58,508 nt of DNA from positions 1 through 58,508 of the forward strand of contig CAJOQP010000111.1 in assembly GCA_905236515.1 (NCBI GenBank), read 5' to 3'. Of this stretch, positions 28,410 through 37,333 are shown piece after piece. Position 1 is the first letter of the stretch, and each line of letters opens with the position of its first letter. The notes below the pieces were generated by a model. The model made no database searches, was not told where the DNA came from, and saw only the letters and a list, made by a program, of their open reading frames with translations. This DNA is from an uncultured Oscillospiraceae bacterium. GTDB taxonomy: Bacteria; Bacillota; Clostridia; Oscillospirales; Oscillospiraceae. The position numbers and the translations under genes are program-made.

Positions 28410-29054
28410 CTATTCAAGGTGTATTTTCCAACCTGTATCAATCTTCTTTTTTACCTTTTTTGTTGTTTCAGGATCAAGGTCTGGCCAATCAACAACCGTA
28501 GTTGCTTTGTTTGTAACCAGATGTGCTTTTTCGGAACATAAGGCAAGCGGCGTATCGGCAAGAGAATCGGAATAAAAGTTTTCAATCACAGGGAAACCTC
28601 GATCAATCATATATGCAGCCTTTTCCTTGGCATACATAAGATTGTTAGTAAAGACACCAAACTCACGGTCAAATTCCGTTGCCATACATTTGACTCCAAG
28701 CCTGTTTGCAATTGGTTCAATAATACAGGAAGGAGATGCGCTTATGATGAGATCATCCTCTCTTTTTTGTGCAAGGTACCATGCGGATATCTTCCCTTCA
28801 TATTTATCCCAATACTTCTCTATCTGCTTATCAAAATCATCGATCAATGTAAGATAGCTGAACATTTCACGCTGTAAGCGATAGTTTTGTACTCTACCTT
28901 GTTTGTATAGGATCAATGTCTTTATAATGCGCGGGAACCAAGTGAACCATAGCTTTGGTTTTCGTTTCATACACCAAATAGCAAATCCTATGGAACAATC
29001 AGAGTAAAAGATTGTTCTATCAAAATCGTAAACATTCATATCTTTTATACCCAT
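28410..29054 (-). CDS. HAD-superfamily hydrolase (HAD-IB-like)
   Basis: The DxDxT motif is YDFDRTI. The start is ATG 29054 or ATG 29039. The longer track ORF overlaps the rlmD 3' end. Confidence 0.65.
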   Translation of the reverse strand: MGIKDMNVYDFDRTIFYSDCSIGFAIWCMKRKPKLWFTWFPRIIKTLILYKQGRVQNYRLQREMFSYLTLIDDFDKQIEKYWDKYEGKISAWYLAQKREDDLIISASPSCIIEPIANRLGVKCMATEFDREFGVFTNNLMYAKEKAAYMIDRGFPVIENFYSDSLADTPLALCSEKAHLVTNKATTVVDWPDLDPETTKKVKKKIDTGWKIHLE

Positions 29055-29092
29055 TTCTAATTTGGCATCACTGCCATCGCTGCTTCTTTGTC

Positions 29093-30472
29093 TTATCTCT
29101 CTTTTGTCAGAAGACAGACGCACTCCACATGATTTGTTCTGGGAAACATATCGACAGCCGTACCGGCAGAATAACAGAATCCATTTTCCAGTAAAATGTG
29201 AAGATCACGAGCTAAGGTTGCCGGATTACACGACACGTATATCAATCTGGATGGATTCATTTTTACGATGGATTCAATGACAGAATCGTTTAATCCTTTT
29301 CTCGGAGGATCCACTACTATAACATCTGGATTCAGCGAATGCTGCTCAATGTTATTGGCAATTTCAGATGCATCCATGCAGTAAAAATCTGTATTGGAAA
29401 TGTGGTTCAGTTTTGCATTTTCTTTTGCGTTTTCAATCGCTTCTTCGATGATTTCGATTCCGAGAACCGATTTTGAACGGGAAGCCAGAGAAAGTCCGAT
29501 TGTTCCGGTGCCGCAATACAGATCCAAAACAGTTTCGGTTCCATTCAGATCAGCATATTCTGCAACTTTACTGTACAGTCGTTCCGCCTGCAACGGATTT
29601 ACCTGGAAAAATGCCTGGGGAGAGATGCTGAAATGAATCCCGTTCAGATCATCATTGATGCAGGGATCACCCCACAGAGTATGGAAATCTCCAGTCAGTA
29701 TCGTGTTCCCCTTCGTCTTGTTGACATTTAGAACGATGCCGGTAATAAACGGGCATTTTTCACACAGCTCGTCAATCAGTTTATCGGTTTTATTACCAAA
29801 ACCACGGGCAGAAACGATACACACAACAAAATCATGGGTATGCTCCGATTTTCGGCAAAAAATGTGGCGAACGGTTCCCTTATGTGTTCCTTCGTCATAA
29901 GGGATGATCTGTTCCCTGTTCATCCAGTCAACTATGACACGATTGACCTGATTGGATTCTTCCGACTGGAGAAGACAGTTTTCCACCGGGATGATACGGT
30001 GGCTGTGTTTCTGGTAAAAACCGCAGATGACAAGACCGGTTTTGGGATCATTGCCTACCGCACATATGGATTTATTGCGATATGAACACTCTTTCAAGGA
30101 AGGTAGGATCTCCTTGATTTCAATATCAAGATCCCCAACGTGCTGAAGAGTACTGTTCACGTTTTCCAGTTTCAGGGACAGCTCTTTCTCATAGGTCATG
30201 TGGGCGGTGTGACATCCGCCGCATTTTCCGTAACTGCCGCATACGGGTGTAATCCGATCCGGAGAGGATTCCAGCAGCTGAACGGGAATTCCATAGATCG
30301 CAGAGTTTGTCACTTTCACGATTTTGATCGTCCAGCGCTCCCCTTTTATGGTCCTTGGAACAAAGACACCGTATCCGTCGATATGAGCGACTCCGCTGCC
30401 GTCGGAAGACCAACCATCGATAGTAACATCGTATATGGAGTTTTTCTTTAATGGAATTGTGTTTTTCTGCAT
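29093..30472 (-). CDS. rlmD: 23S rRNA (uracil-C5)-methyltransferase RlmD/RumA type (TRAM + 4Fe-4S + methyltransferase)
   Basis: 459 aa with an N-terminal TRAM domain, the Cys cluster CGSYGKCGGC, the SAM motif LDLYCGTGTIG, DPPRKG and YVSCNP. Confidence 0.88.
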   Translation of the reverse strand: MQKNTIPLKKNSIYDVTIDGWSSDGSGVAHIDGYGVFVPRTIKGERWTIKIVKVTNSAIYGIPVQLLESSPDRITPVCGSYGKCGGCHTAHMTYEKELSLKLENVNSTLQHVGDLDIEIKEILPSLKECSYRNKSICAVGNDPKTGLVICGFYQKHSHRIIPVENCLLQSEESNQVNRVIVDWMNREQIIPYDEGTHKGTVRHIFCRKSEHTHDFVVCIVSARGFGNKTDKLIDELCEKCPFITGIVLNVNKTKGNTILTGDFHTLWGDPCINDDLNGIHFSISPQAFFQVNPLQAERLYSKVAEYADLNGTETVLDLYCGTGTIGLSLASRSKSVLGIEIIEEAIENAKENAKLNHISNTDFYCMDASEIANNIEQHSLNPDVIVVDPPRKGLNDSVIESIVKMNPSRLIYVSCNPATLARDLHILLENGFCYSAGTAVDMFPRTNHVECVCLLTKER

Positions 30473-30486
30473 TCTTATACTCCGAA

Positions 30487-30744
30487 TCAGATGGACATGA
30501 TAATCTGAGATAACTGCATGTTGATCTCGTTCTGAGGCAGATCAATACTGACAGGATCAGATGAGTTGTAAATATGAATGGCAGCATTCATAACAGTTTC
30601 TGTATATAGAACAATGATGGCATCTTCTGAATCAGTCATGCTTAACGCAAAAATTGTTCCATTGGGCTTCATGAACCATTTTCTCTGATTCAGATCAATG
30701 GATTGAAATCCCAATGATAACCGTTCTTCCAGTTGTGATATCAT
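30487..30744 (-). CDS. Hypothetical small protein (85 aa)
   Basis: Strong SD GGAGGA lies 8 nt upstream of ATG 30744, and the gene ends 14 nt upstream of rlmD. I recognise no family. Confidence 0.5.
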   Translation of the reverse strand: MISQLEERLSLGFQSIDLNQRKWFMKPNGTIFALSMTDSEDAIIVLYTETVMNAAIHIYNSSDPVSIDLPQNEINMQLSQIIMSI

Positions 30745-30888
30745 GAAAATAGTCCTCCGTATTTCCAAAAAAGTAAATATTTTTGCCGATTGAATGGTTT
30801 TTAATACTTGAAATGGATAAGCGCATATGTTAGTATAATTAAGATTTTGTGATAAACAACAAGAATATCTTGAAAGGATAGATTTCAA

Positions 30889-31122
30889 ATGACTTTAGAG
30901 CTCGTTCTTACCATTCTTCAGGTCGTATCCGGCCTGGTAGTAAGTATCATTATTCTTCTCCAGAGCGGCAAGAGTGCCGGCCTGTCCGGTGCAATCGCCG
31001 GTGGCGCGGACACCTTCTTCTCAAAGGGTAAATCCAAGACTCTGGATCAGAAGCTTGCGAAGGCAACCAAGTGGATCGCGCTGGTATTTGTTCTTCTTAC
31101 ACTTGCTCTGCACATCATCTGA
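30889..31122 (+). CDS. secG: Preprotein translocase subunit SecG
   Basis: 77 aa with two TM segments and the motif LLQSGKSAGLSGAI.GG. Confidence 0.9.
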   Translation: MTLELVLTILQVVSGLVVSIIILLQSGKSAGLSGAIAGGADTFFSKGKSKTLDQKLAKATKWIALVFVLLTLALHII

Positions 31123-31139
31123 TTTATACTGTTAAACTG

Positions 31140-31171
31140 AAAGCCGTTTCCGTTAGGAAGCGGCTTTTTTA
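31140..31171 (+). terminator. Rho-independent terminator after secG
   Basis: Stem agccgtttcc/ggaagcggct with a 4-nt loop, followed by T6. Confidence 0.85.
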
Positions 31172-31711
31172 TCAGTCTGGATAATCGGCTCTTACTCCAC
31201 CGATCAGCTTAGGCCTGCTGAAAGCAGCATTAACAACTGCCACCCCTATCTTATTATGTTCCAGACGCAGAGGCACTGCTACATCACACATGTGCATCCC
31301 AATCATCGTGTTGCCAATATCGAGACCAGCTTTGGCTCTGACATGCTCCACGACCACCGGATGTTCCATGGATTCATAGACTGCGGTGGCAAAGGAGCCG
31401 CCTGCTTTTGGTCTAGGTCGTACACACACCTCTTCATAACCGAATTGTGCCGCCGTGCTCTCTTCTACTACAAGAGCGCGATTCAGATGTTCGCAACATT
31501 GCGCTGCAAGATAGCATCCATGCGAGGAGATCTCCTCCATTAAAACACCTACGATGCTCGTGGCGATCTCGGGAACGGATCCTTTTCCTATGTGCTTTCC
31601 GGCAATCTCGCTGGTTGAACAGCCGATTACAACGACAGAACCGGGTTTTACCTTGCCGGTTGCAAACAGTTCGGTAATGGCTTCTTTTGCCTGTGTTTCC
31701 AAATCTTTCAT
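31172..31711 (-). CDS. TIGR01440 / UPF0340 family protein (YwlG-like)
   Basis: 179 aa with the family motifs VVIGCSTSEI.G..IG and AAQCCEHLNRALV. Confidence 0.8.
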   Translation of the reverse strand: MKDLETQAKEAITELFATGKVKPGSVVVIGCSTSEIAGKHIGKGSVPEIATSIVGVLMEEISSHGCYLAAQCCEHLNRALVVEESTAAQFGYEEVCVRPRPKAGGSFATAVYESMEHPVVVEHVRAKAGLDIGNTMIGMHMCDVAVPLRLEHNKIGVAVVNAAFSRPKLIGGVRADYPD

Positions 31712-31724
31712 TTCTGATTCTCCA

Positions 31725-32057
31725 TTACTCCCAGTTTTTCCAAACTTCCGGGCAATAGCCGACGGTAGCCTGTTTACCGTTTCGTACCACCGGAGTTTTT
31801 ATTAGATAAGGATCTTCGTACAGTTTATCCATCTTGGCTTCATTGCTTGCAAGATACTGGATAAGAGGATAGTCCTCGTCTTTTGTATTGATCAGGTTGT
31901 CAAGTCCCACTGCATTTTTAACAGACTGTAGTTCGCCGCGGCTCATACCATAGCGATCCACGTCAATGTACTGAAACTTGATTCGCCGCTCTTTAAAGTA
32001 TCGTTGAGCCTTCTGCGTATCAAAACATTTTTTTCGTCCAAATATCTGAATATTCAC
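31725..32057 (-). CDS. ArsC/Spx/MgsR-family thioredoxin-fold protein (YffB-like)
   Basis: 110 aa with the N-terminus IQIFGRKKCFDTQKAQRYF and a single Cys. Confidence 0.7.
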   Translation of the reverse strand: MNIQIFGRKKCFDTQKAQRYFKERRIKFQYIDVDRYGMSRGELQSVKNAVGLDNLINTKDEDYPLIQYLASNEAKMDKLYEDPYLIKTPVVRNGKQATVGYCPEVWKNWE

Positions 32058-32060
32058 GGA

Positions 32061-33884
32061 TCAGACCTCCGCAATAACGGGAAGGATCATTGGACTGCAT
32101 CGCATCTTTTTGTAAAGGTATCCGGAAAGATTGCTCTTAATGCAGCTCTTGATGGAAGAGATATCCCGTATATTTCTGGCGTCACAGGAGTCTACAGATT
32201 CCATGGTAACGCGTTTCAGTTCATCGATAAGGTCTTCGTGTTCCTTCACATACACAAATCCCCTGGTAATGATCTCAGGCTCACTGACTGGACGCATGTC
32301 ATAGGTGGACATGGCGATGATAACAGCGATCATACCGTCTTCCGCCAGCTTGTGGCGATCCCGCAAAACGATGGAACCGACTTCTCCAACGCCCATTCCA
32401 TCCACCAGGACCGCACCGGACTGCACAGAGCCATTAAGCTTGATGCTTTTTTCAGATAACTCGATGACATTGCCGTTTTCCGCAATGACGGTGTTCTTGG
32501 AAGGAACTCCCATCTCCTGAGCCAGCTCAGCGTGCTTGACCTGCATACGGTACTCCCCGTGTACAGGGATGAAGTATTTCGGTTTGGTAAGTGCCAGTAT
32601 CATTTTCTGTTCTTCCTGAGAAGCATGGCCGGAAACGTGAAGATCGGTCTTTCGATCATAGATCACTTCGGCACCTTTGGTAAACAGTTCGTCGATAACT
32701 CGACTGATCATGTTTTCGTTGCCTGGAATTGCGGAAGCGGAAATGATGACACGGTCTCCGGCGTCGATGTCGATCTGACGATGATTGGAAAATGCCATCC
32801 GATACAAAGCAGACATGCTCTCGCCCTGGCTTCCGGTAGAAATAATACACAGTCTGTGGCTTGGGATATTGTTGATCTGATTTAGTTCAACCAAAGTCCC
32901 GGCTGGCACGGACATATAGCCAAGTTCCGTTGCAGCTTTGATGATATTTTCCATACTGCGTCCGGTCACAGCAACTTTGCGTTTGTATTTTACTGCCGCA
33001 TTGATGATCTGCTGGATACGGTCAACGTTGGATGCAAATGTTGTGACGATGATCCGTTTTGTGCAGCCGTAGAACAGTTTTTCAAAGCCGTCCCCGACCT
33101 TCCGCTCGGAATCGGTATGTCCTGCCTTTTCAACATTGGTAGAATCAGACAGCAGTGCCAGTACTCCCTGTTTTCCAAGCTCACCAAAACGGGTCAGATC
33201 GATCATTTCACTGTTAATAGGAGATACATCGATCTTGAAATCTCCCGTATGTATCACGACACCGATGGGCGTGGTGATTGCCAGCGCCACCGCATCAGAG
33301 ATACTGTGATTGACATGGATAAGCTCCACATCAAAACAGCCGAGACGGATGTGATCGCCCGCTTTTTTCGTAAAGATTTGAGTGTTTTTCAGAAGATTCC
33401 GTTCTTCCAGCTTCAGCTCAATGATGGCGTTGGTCAGTGCGGTTCCGTAAATGGGGACATCTAATTCGTTGATGACATATGGTATGGCTCCGATATGATC
33501 TTCGTGACCGTGAGTGATCACAATACCACGGACCTTGCTGATGTTTTCTTTCAGATATGTGATATCCGGAATGACAACATCGATACCGTACATATCCACA
33601 TCAGGGAATCCCATGCCGCAGTCGACGAGAATTATATCATTCTCATATTCAAAAACGGTCATGTTCTTACCTATCTCACCCAGACCTCCCAGCGGAATGA
33701 TCTTGAGTTTCGATGTTTTCTTCTGTACCTTCCTGCCGGTGGGAACAGGTCTCTTCCTGGAAGAGGCTTTTCCGTTTTTGGATTTATTTATTGCTTTGTT
33801 TGAGTTCTTTTTATTATCTTTGTTTTTTCGTTCTTCGGTATTTCGTTCTTTTGGCTTTTTATTGTTGTTTTTTGTATTCGCCAT
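32061..33884 (-). CDS. rnj: Ribonuclease J with a basic N-terminal extension
   Basis: 607 aa with the metallo-beta-lactamase HxHxDH motif (THGHEDHIGA) and beta-CASP and C-terminal domains. The first roughly 60 aa are K/N/R-rich low complexity. Confidence 0.93.
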   Translation of the reverse strand: MANTKNNNKKPKERNTEERKNKDNKKNSNKAINKSKNGKASSRKRPVPTGRKVQKKTSKLKIIPLGGLGEIGKNMTVFEYENDIILVDCGMGFPDVDMYGIDVVIPDITYLKENISKVRGIVITHGHEDHIGAIPYVINELDVPIYGTALTNAIIELKLEERNLLKNTQIFTKKAGDHIRLGCFDVELIHVNHSISDAVALAITTPIGVVIHTGDFKIDVSPINSEMIDLTRFGELGKQGVLALLSDSTNVEKAGHTDSERKVGDGFEKLFYGCTKRIIVTTFASNVDRIQQIINAAVKYKRKVAVTGRSMENIIKAATELGYMSVPAGTLVELNQINNIPSHRLCIISTGSQGESMSALYRMAFSNHRQIDIDAGDRVIISASAIPGNENMISRVIDELFTKGAEVIYDRKTDLHVSGHASQEEQKMILALTKPKYFIPVHGEYRMQVKHAELAQEMGVPSKNTVIAENGNVIELSEKSIKLNGSVQSGAVLVDGMGVGEVGSIVLRDRHKLAEDGMIAVIIAMSTYDMRPVSEPEIITRGFVYVKEHEDLIDELKRVTMESVDSCDARNIRDISSIKSCIKSNLSGYLYKKMRCSPMILPVIAEV

Positions 33885-33924
33885 ATAACCTCCATACTTG
33901 TATTTATCTTCTTATCCACGTCAA

Positions 33925-34524
33925 TTACATTTCTGTTCTTCCCTCAATTGCCCGTACAATGGTCGCAGAATCCGCAAATTCGATATTGGATCCCACTGGA
34001 ATGCCATAGGCCAGGCGGGTAACTTTTACTCCAAATGGCTGAAGAAGCCGGGAAATATACATAGCAGTGGCTTCGCCTTCGGTGTCTGGGTTCGTTGCCA
34101 TGATGATCTCGTGAATATCATTCTCTGCGATTCGCTGAAGCAGTTCACGGATCCGAATATCGTCCGGGCCTACATGGCTGATGGGAGAAAGCGCTCCATG
34201 CAGCACATGATAAACACCGTGATACTCATGACTCTGTTCAATCGTAATGACATCTTTCGGTTCCGTAACAACGCAGATTGTAGAATGATCCCGGTTGTCA
34301 TTGTCACAGATTCCACAGATATCACCTTCTGTTAGATTCTGACATACCTTGCAGCAATGGACGTTTTTTCTCGCCTGAATGATTGCATCGGCAAACAGCT
34401 CTGCCTGACCGTCAGGAAGAGAGAGCATGTGAAATGCCAACCGCTGTGCGCTTTTTCTGCCGACCCCCGGAAGAGAAGCAAATTTATCTATCAGGTTTTC
34501 CATTGAAGCAGGATAAAAATCCAT
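33925..34524 (-). CDS. recR: Recombination protein RecR
   Basis: 199 aa with HhH LPGVGRKSAQR, a C4 zinc finger and a Toprim domain. Confidence 0.96.
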   Translation of the reverse strand: MDFYPASMENLIDKFASLPGVGRKSAQRLAFHMLSLPDGQAELFADAIIQARKNVHCCKVCQNLTEGDICGICDNDNRDHSTICVVTEPKDVITIEQSHEYHGVYHVLHGALSPISHVGPDDIRIRELLQRIAENDIHEIIMATNPDTEGEATAMYISRLLQPFGVKVTRLAYGIPVGSNIEFADSATIVRAIEGRTEM

Positions 34525-34544
34525 AGTGATCTCCTTCTGTTTTC

Positions 34545-35198
34545 TCAGACTTCGCGTAATGCCCGGATGATCTGTCCGCGGTCACTTTCACGAAACACAG
34601 CACTTCCGGCAACAAGAACATTTGCGCCGGCCTGTTTGACCAAAGGTGCGGTATTAATATCAATACCGCCGTCTACTTCCAACTCACAGTTCAGGTGATG
34701 CTCCTCAATATATGATGCTAAAGCTTCAATTTTCGGCAGCATATCTGCCATAAAGGACTGGCCTCCAAAACCCGGTTCCACTGTCATGACCAGAACCAGG
34801 TCCAGAAGATCCATATATGGATACAGGGCATCTGCCGGTGTTTTTGGTTTTACGGACAATCCGACTTTTTTACCAAGGTCTTTTGCTTTTCTGACTGCAG
34901 CCATGATATTCTCTTCTGAGTCGGATTCCACATGGAATGTAAGAAGGTCTGCACCGGCATTTACAAACGTCTCCACATAACGGATCGGGCGATCGATCAT
35001 CAGATGAACATCGATGAAACTATCAGTATATTTGCGCAGGGATTTCAGCACGGGGATTCCAATGGAAATGTTAGGGACGAATTCCCCGTCCATTACGTCA
35101 AAATGGATATAATCTGCACCGCCCTGCAGGCATTCATCCACTTCTCTGCCGAGTTTTGAAAAATCGGCAGAGAGAATTGAAGGAGCGATTTTTATCAT
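34545..35198 (-). CDS. rpe: Ribulose-phosphate 3-epimerase
   Basis: 217 aa with PSILSADF, HFDVMDG, HLM and VEPGFGGQ. Confidence 0.96.
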   Translation of the reverse strand: MIKIAPSILSADFSKLGREVDECLQGGADYIHFDVMDGEFVPNISIGIPVLKSLRKYTDSFIDVHLMIDRPIRYVETFVNAGADLLTFHVESDSEENIMAAVRKAKDLGKKVGLSVKPKTPADALYPYMDLLDLVLVMTVEPGFGGQSFMADMLPKIEALASYIEEHHLNCELEVDGGIDINTAPLVKQAGANVLVAGSAVFRESDRGQIIRALREV

Positions 35199-35248
35199 TA
35201 AAGTACCTCCGAAAAAACGGAATAATAATCGTCAAATCTAACTGATAT

Positions 35249-35277
35249 ATTATACAATAATTGTTGGATATTTCCAA
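35249..35277 (-). promoter_or_regulatory. Putative sigma-A promoter of rpe (TTGGAA-17 nt-TATAAT) carrying a CAACAATTATTGT box
   Basis: The minus strand reads TTGGAAatatccaacaattattgTATAAT. Confidence 0.55.
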
Positions 35278-35281
35278 TACC

Positions 35282-35310
35282 TTGACGGTATTTCGCATTG
35301 ATAATATTAT
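35282..35310 (+). promoter_or_regulatory. Putative sigma-A promoter for the xpaC-like/telA operon (TTGACG-17 nt-TATTAT)
   Basis: Read directly from the sequence. A second TATAAT lies at 35332-35337 within an AT-only tract. Confidence 0.5.
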
Positions 35311-35357
35311 ATTTATTATTATATAATATTTATATATATCTGAGCGAGGTGAGTTGA

Positions 35358-36014
35358 TTGACCTTAAAAAACAAAAAAACTGTCTTTCCAATTTACGCAT
35401 TCGCCCTCTGTTGGGTGCTTTGCAGCATTATTTTCCCTGTATATAAGCTGTGGGCCCTGATTTTGACTGCAGTTCTTTCGGGAATCGCGTCCTATCTGAC
35501 TTATATGGTCCTCTCTTCCCAGAAACCATCTGCAGAAGAGATCAAACAGGAACAGGAAAACATCAGTTATGGACCGAAAGTGGATCCTATCGTTAAGGAA
35601 GGACGCATGGCGCTCGCTGAGATGGGCCGACTGTACAAATCCATTGAAAAACCGGAGATCCGGTCCAGAATCAATGAATTGATGCAGATTACGGATAAGA
35701 TTATTCAGGATGCTATCGAAGATCCTTCCGATGTTCCTCAGATCAAGCAGTTTATGAACTATTACCTTCCCACCACACTGAAACTTCTGAACTCCTATGA
35801 TCGGATGAGCAGTCAGGGTATCTCGGGATCCAACCTGGATAAAAGCATGGAAAACATCGAGTCGATGCTGGACACCGCTATTGCAGCATATAAAAAGCAG
35901 CTGGATGCTTTGTTTGCCAATCAAGCTCTGGATATTGAAACCGACATTCAGGTGATGAACCAGATGCTGGAACGTGAAGGTCTGTCCGGAAAATCAGATT
36001 TTGCTGTCAAATGA
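35358..36014 (+). CDS. 5-bromo-4-chloroindolyl phosphate hydrolysis (XpaC)-like membrane protein
   Basis: TTG start with SD GAGGTGA. Two N-terminal TM segments are present, along with the family-like FMNYYLPTTLKLLNSY. It sits immediately upstream of telA, as in B. subtilis xpaC-yaaN. Confidence 0.7.
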   Translation: MTLKNKKTVFPIYAFALCWVLCSIIFPVYKLWALILTAVLSGIASYLTYMVLSSQKPSAEEIKQEQENISYGPKVDPIVKEGRMALAEMGRLYKSIEKPEIRSRINELMQITDKIIQDAIEDPSDVPQIKQFMNYYLPTTLKLLNSYDRMSSQGISGSNLDKSMENIESMLDTAIAAYKKQLDALFANQALDIETDIQVMNQMLEREGLSGKSDFAVK

Positions 36015-36062
36015 TAAATATACAGAACTTTTTCTAATGTTAAACGAAAGGAAATAGAACAA

Positions 36063-37271
36063 ATGGCTGATAACAACGAATTTGAAGTAAAGAACGAAGC
36101 TGAAACTTCTTCCATTCACCTGACTCTGGATCCCAATGAAACCGGCAATGCATTTGCGACTGCTGTACAGGAAGCTGTTGATGACGCTGTGGAAGCAACG
36201 GAATCGGTATATACCGATGATGTTTCCGGCGAACGTCTGGATATCAACTCTCTGTCTCCGGAGGAGCAGGCAGCGGTTCGTGAATTTGCAGATAAAATCG
36301 ATGTTCTCAACACGGAACAGGTCCTCAATTATGGTGCAGCGGCACAGAAGAACATTGCAGAGTTTTCTGAGTCTGCTCTCCAGTCTGTTAGGACTAAGGA
36401 TCTCGGAGAAGTCGGCGGCATCCTCTCTGATCTGGTTGTTGAATTGGAAGGATTCAATTTCGATGAGAAAGATAAGAAGGGACTTAAAGGTCTGTTTAAA
36501 AAGACCGAGCATAGCCTTGCCAGTCTTAAGGCACAGTATGATAAGGCGGAAGTTAACGTAGATAAGATCGTTGAGCAGCTTCAGCAGCATCAGATCGTCC
36601 TGATGAAGGATACTGCAATGCTCGATAAGATGTACGAACGCAACGAGGAGTATCAGAAAGAGCTTACCATGTATATCATTGCAGGTAAGATCAAAGCCGA
36701 ACAGCTCCGCAACGAAGAACTCCCCAAAATGAAAGCTGCTGCCGAAAAAAGCGGCAATGCGGAAGATGCTCAGAAAGCAAATGATTTTGCCAATATGATC
36801 GGCAGATTTGAGAAGAAAATCCACGACCTTGAACTGACCCGTGTTGTTTCCATTCAGATGGCTCCGCAGATCCGCATGATTCAGAACAATTATAATCTGA
36901 TGAGTGAGAAGATCCAATCGTCCATCGTCAATACCATTCCTCTTTGGAAAAATCAGATGGTAATGGCACTGTCCATCTATCACTCAGAACAGGCTGCAAA
37001 AGCCCAGAATGAAGTTACGGAAGTCACCAATAAGCTTCTGGAAGAAAATGCTGAAAAGCTGCATCAGGGCAGTGTGGCTGTGGCCAAGGAATCCGAGCGC
37101 GGAATCATTGATCTTGAAACACTGAAAAAGACCAATCAGGAATTGATTGACACGCTGGAAGAAGTGAAGCAGATCCAGAATGAGGGCCGTGCCCGCCGCG
37201 AACAGGCAGAGATCGAACTGGGACAGATCGAGGGCGAACTGAAACAGAAACTGCTTGAAATGCGTGGATAA
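36063..37271 (+). CDS. telA: Toxic anion resistance protein TelA/YaaN family
   Basis: 402 aa, all-helical and E/K-rich. The N-terminal region matches the family: LSPEEQAAVREFADKIDVLNTEQVLNYGAAAQ. Confidence 0.85.
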   Translation: MADNNEFEVKNEAETSSIHLTLDPNETGNAFATAVQEAVDDAVEATESVYTDDVSGERLDINSLSPEEQAAVREFADKIDVLNTEQVLNYGAAAQKNIAEFSESALQSVRTKDLGEVGGILSDLVVELEGFNFDEKDKKGLKGLFKKTEHSLASLKAQYDKAEVNVDKIVEQLQQHQIVLMKDTAMLDKMYERNEEYQKELTMYIIAGKIKAEQLRNEELPKMKAAAEKSGNAEDAQKANDFANMIGRFEKKIHDLELTRVVSIQMAPQIRMIQNNYNLMSEKIQSSIVNTIPLWKNQMVMALSIYHSEQAAKAQNEVTEVTNKLLEENAEKLHQGSVAVAKESERGIIDLETLKKTNQELIDTLEEVKQIQNEGRARREQAEIELGQIEGELKQKLLEMRG

Positions 37272-37333
37272 TTGACCGTCCGTTTCATATTAAACTCTGA
37301 TTACTCTATCAGGAAGTACAACAGGTGTATAAA

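Noticed and set aside
35994-36983. 329-aa ORF antisense to telA and the end of the xpaC-like gene
   Set aside because: It is the reverse complement of a GAA/AAG/CTG-rich helical gene. The product is F/L/I/K low-complexity sequence with no SD and no family features. The sense-strand TelA assignment is strong.
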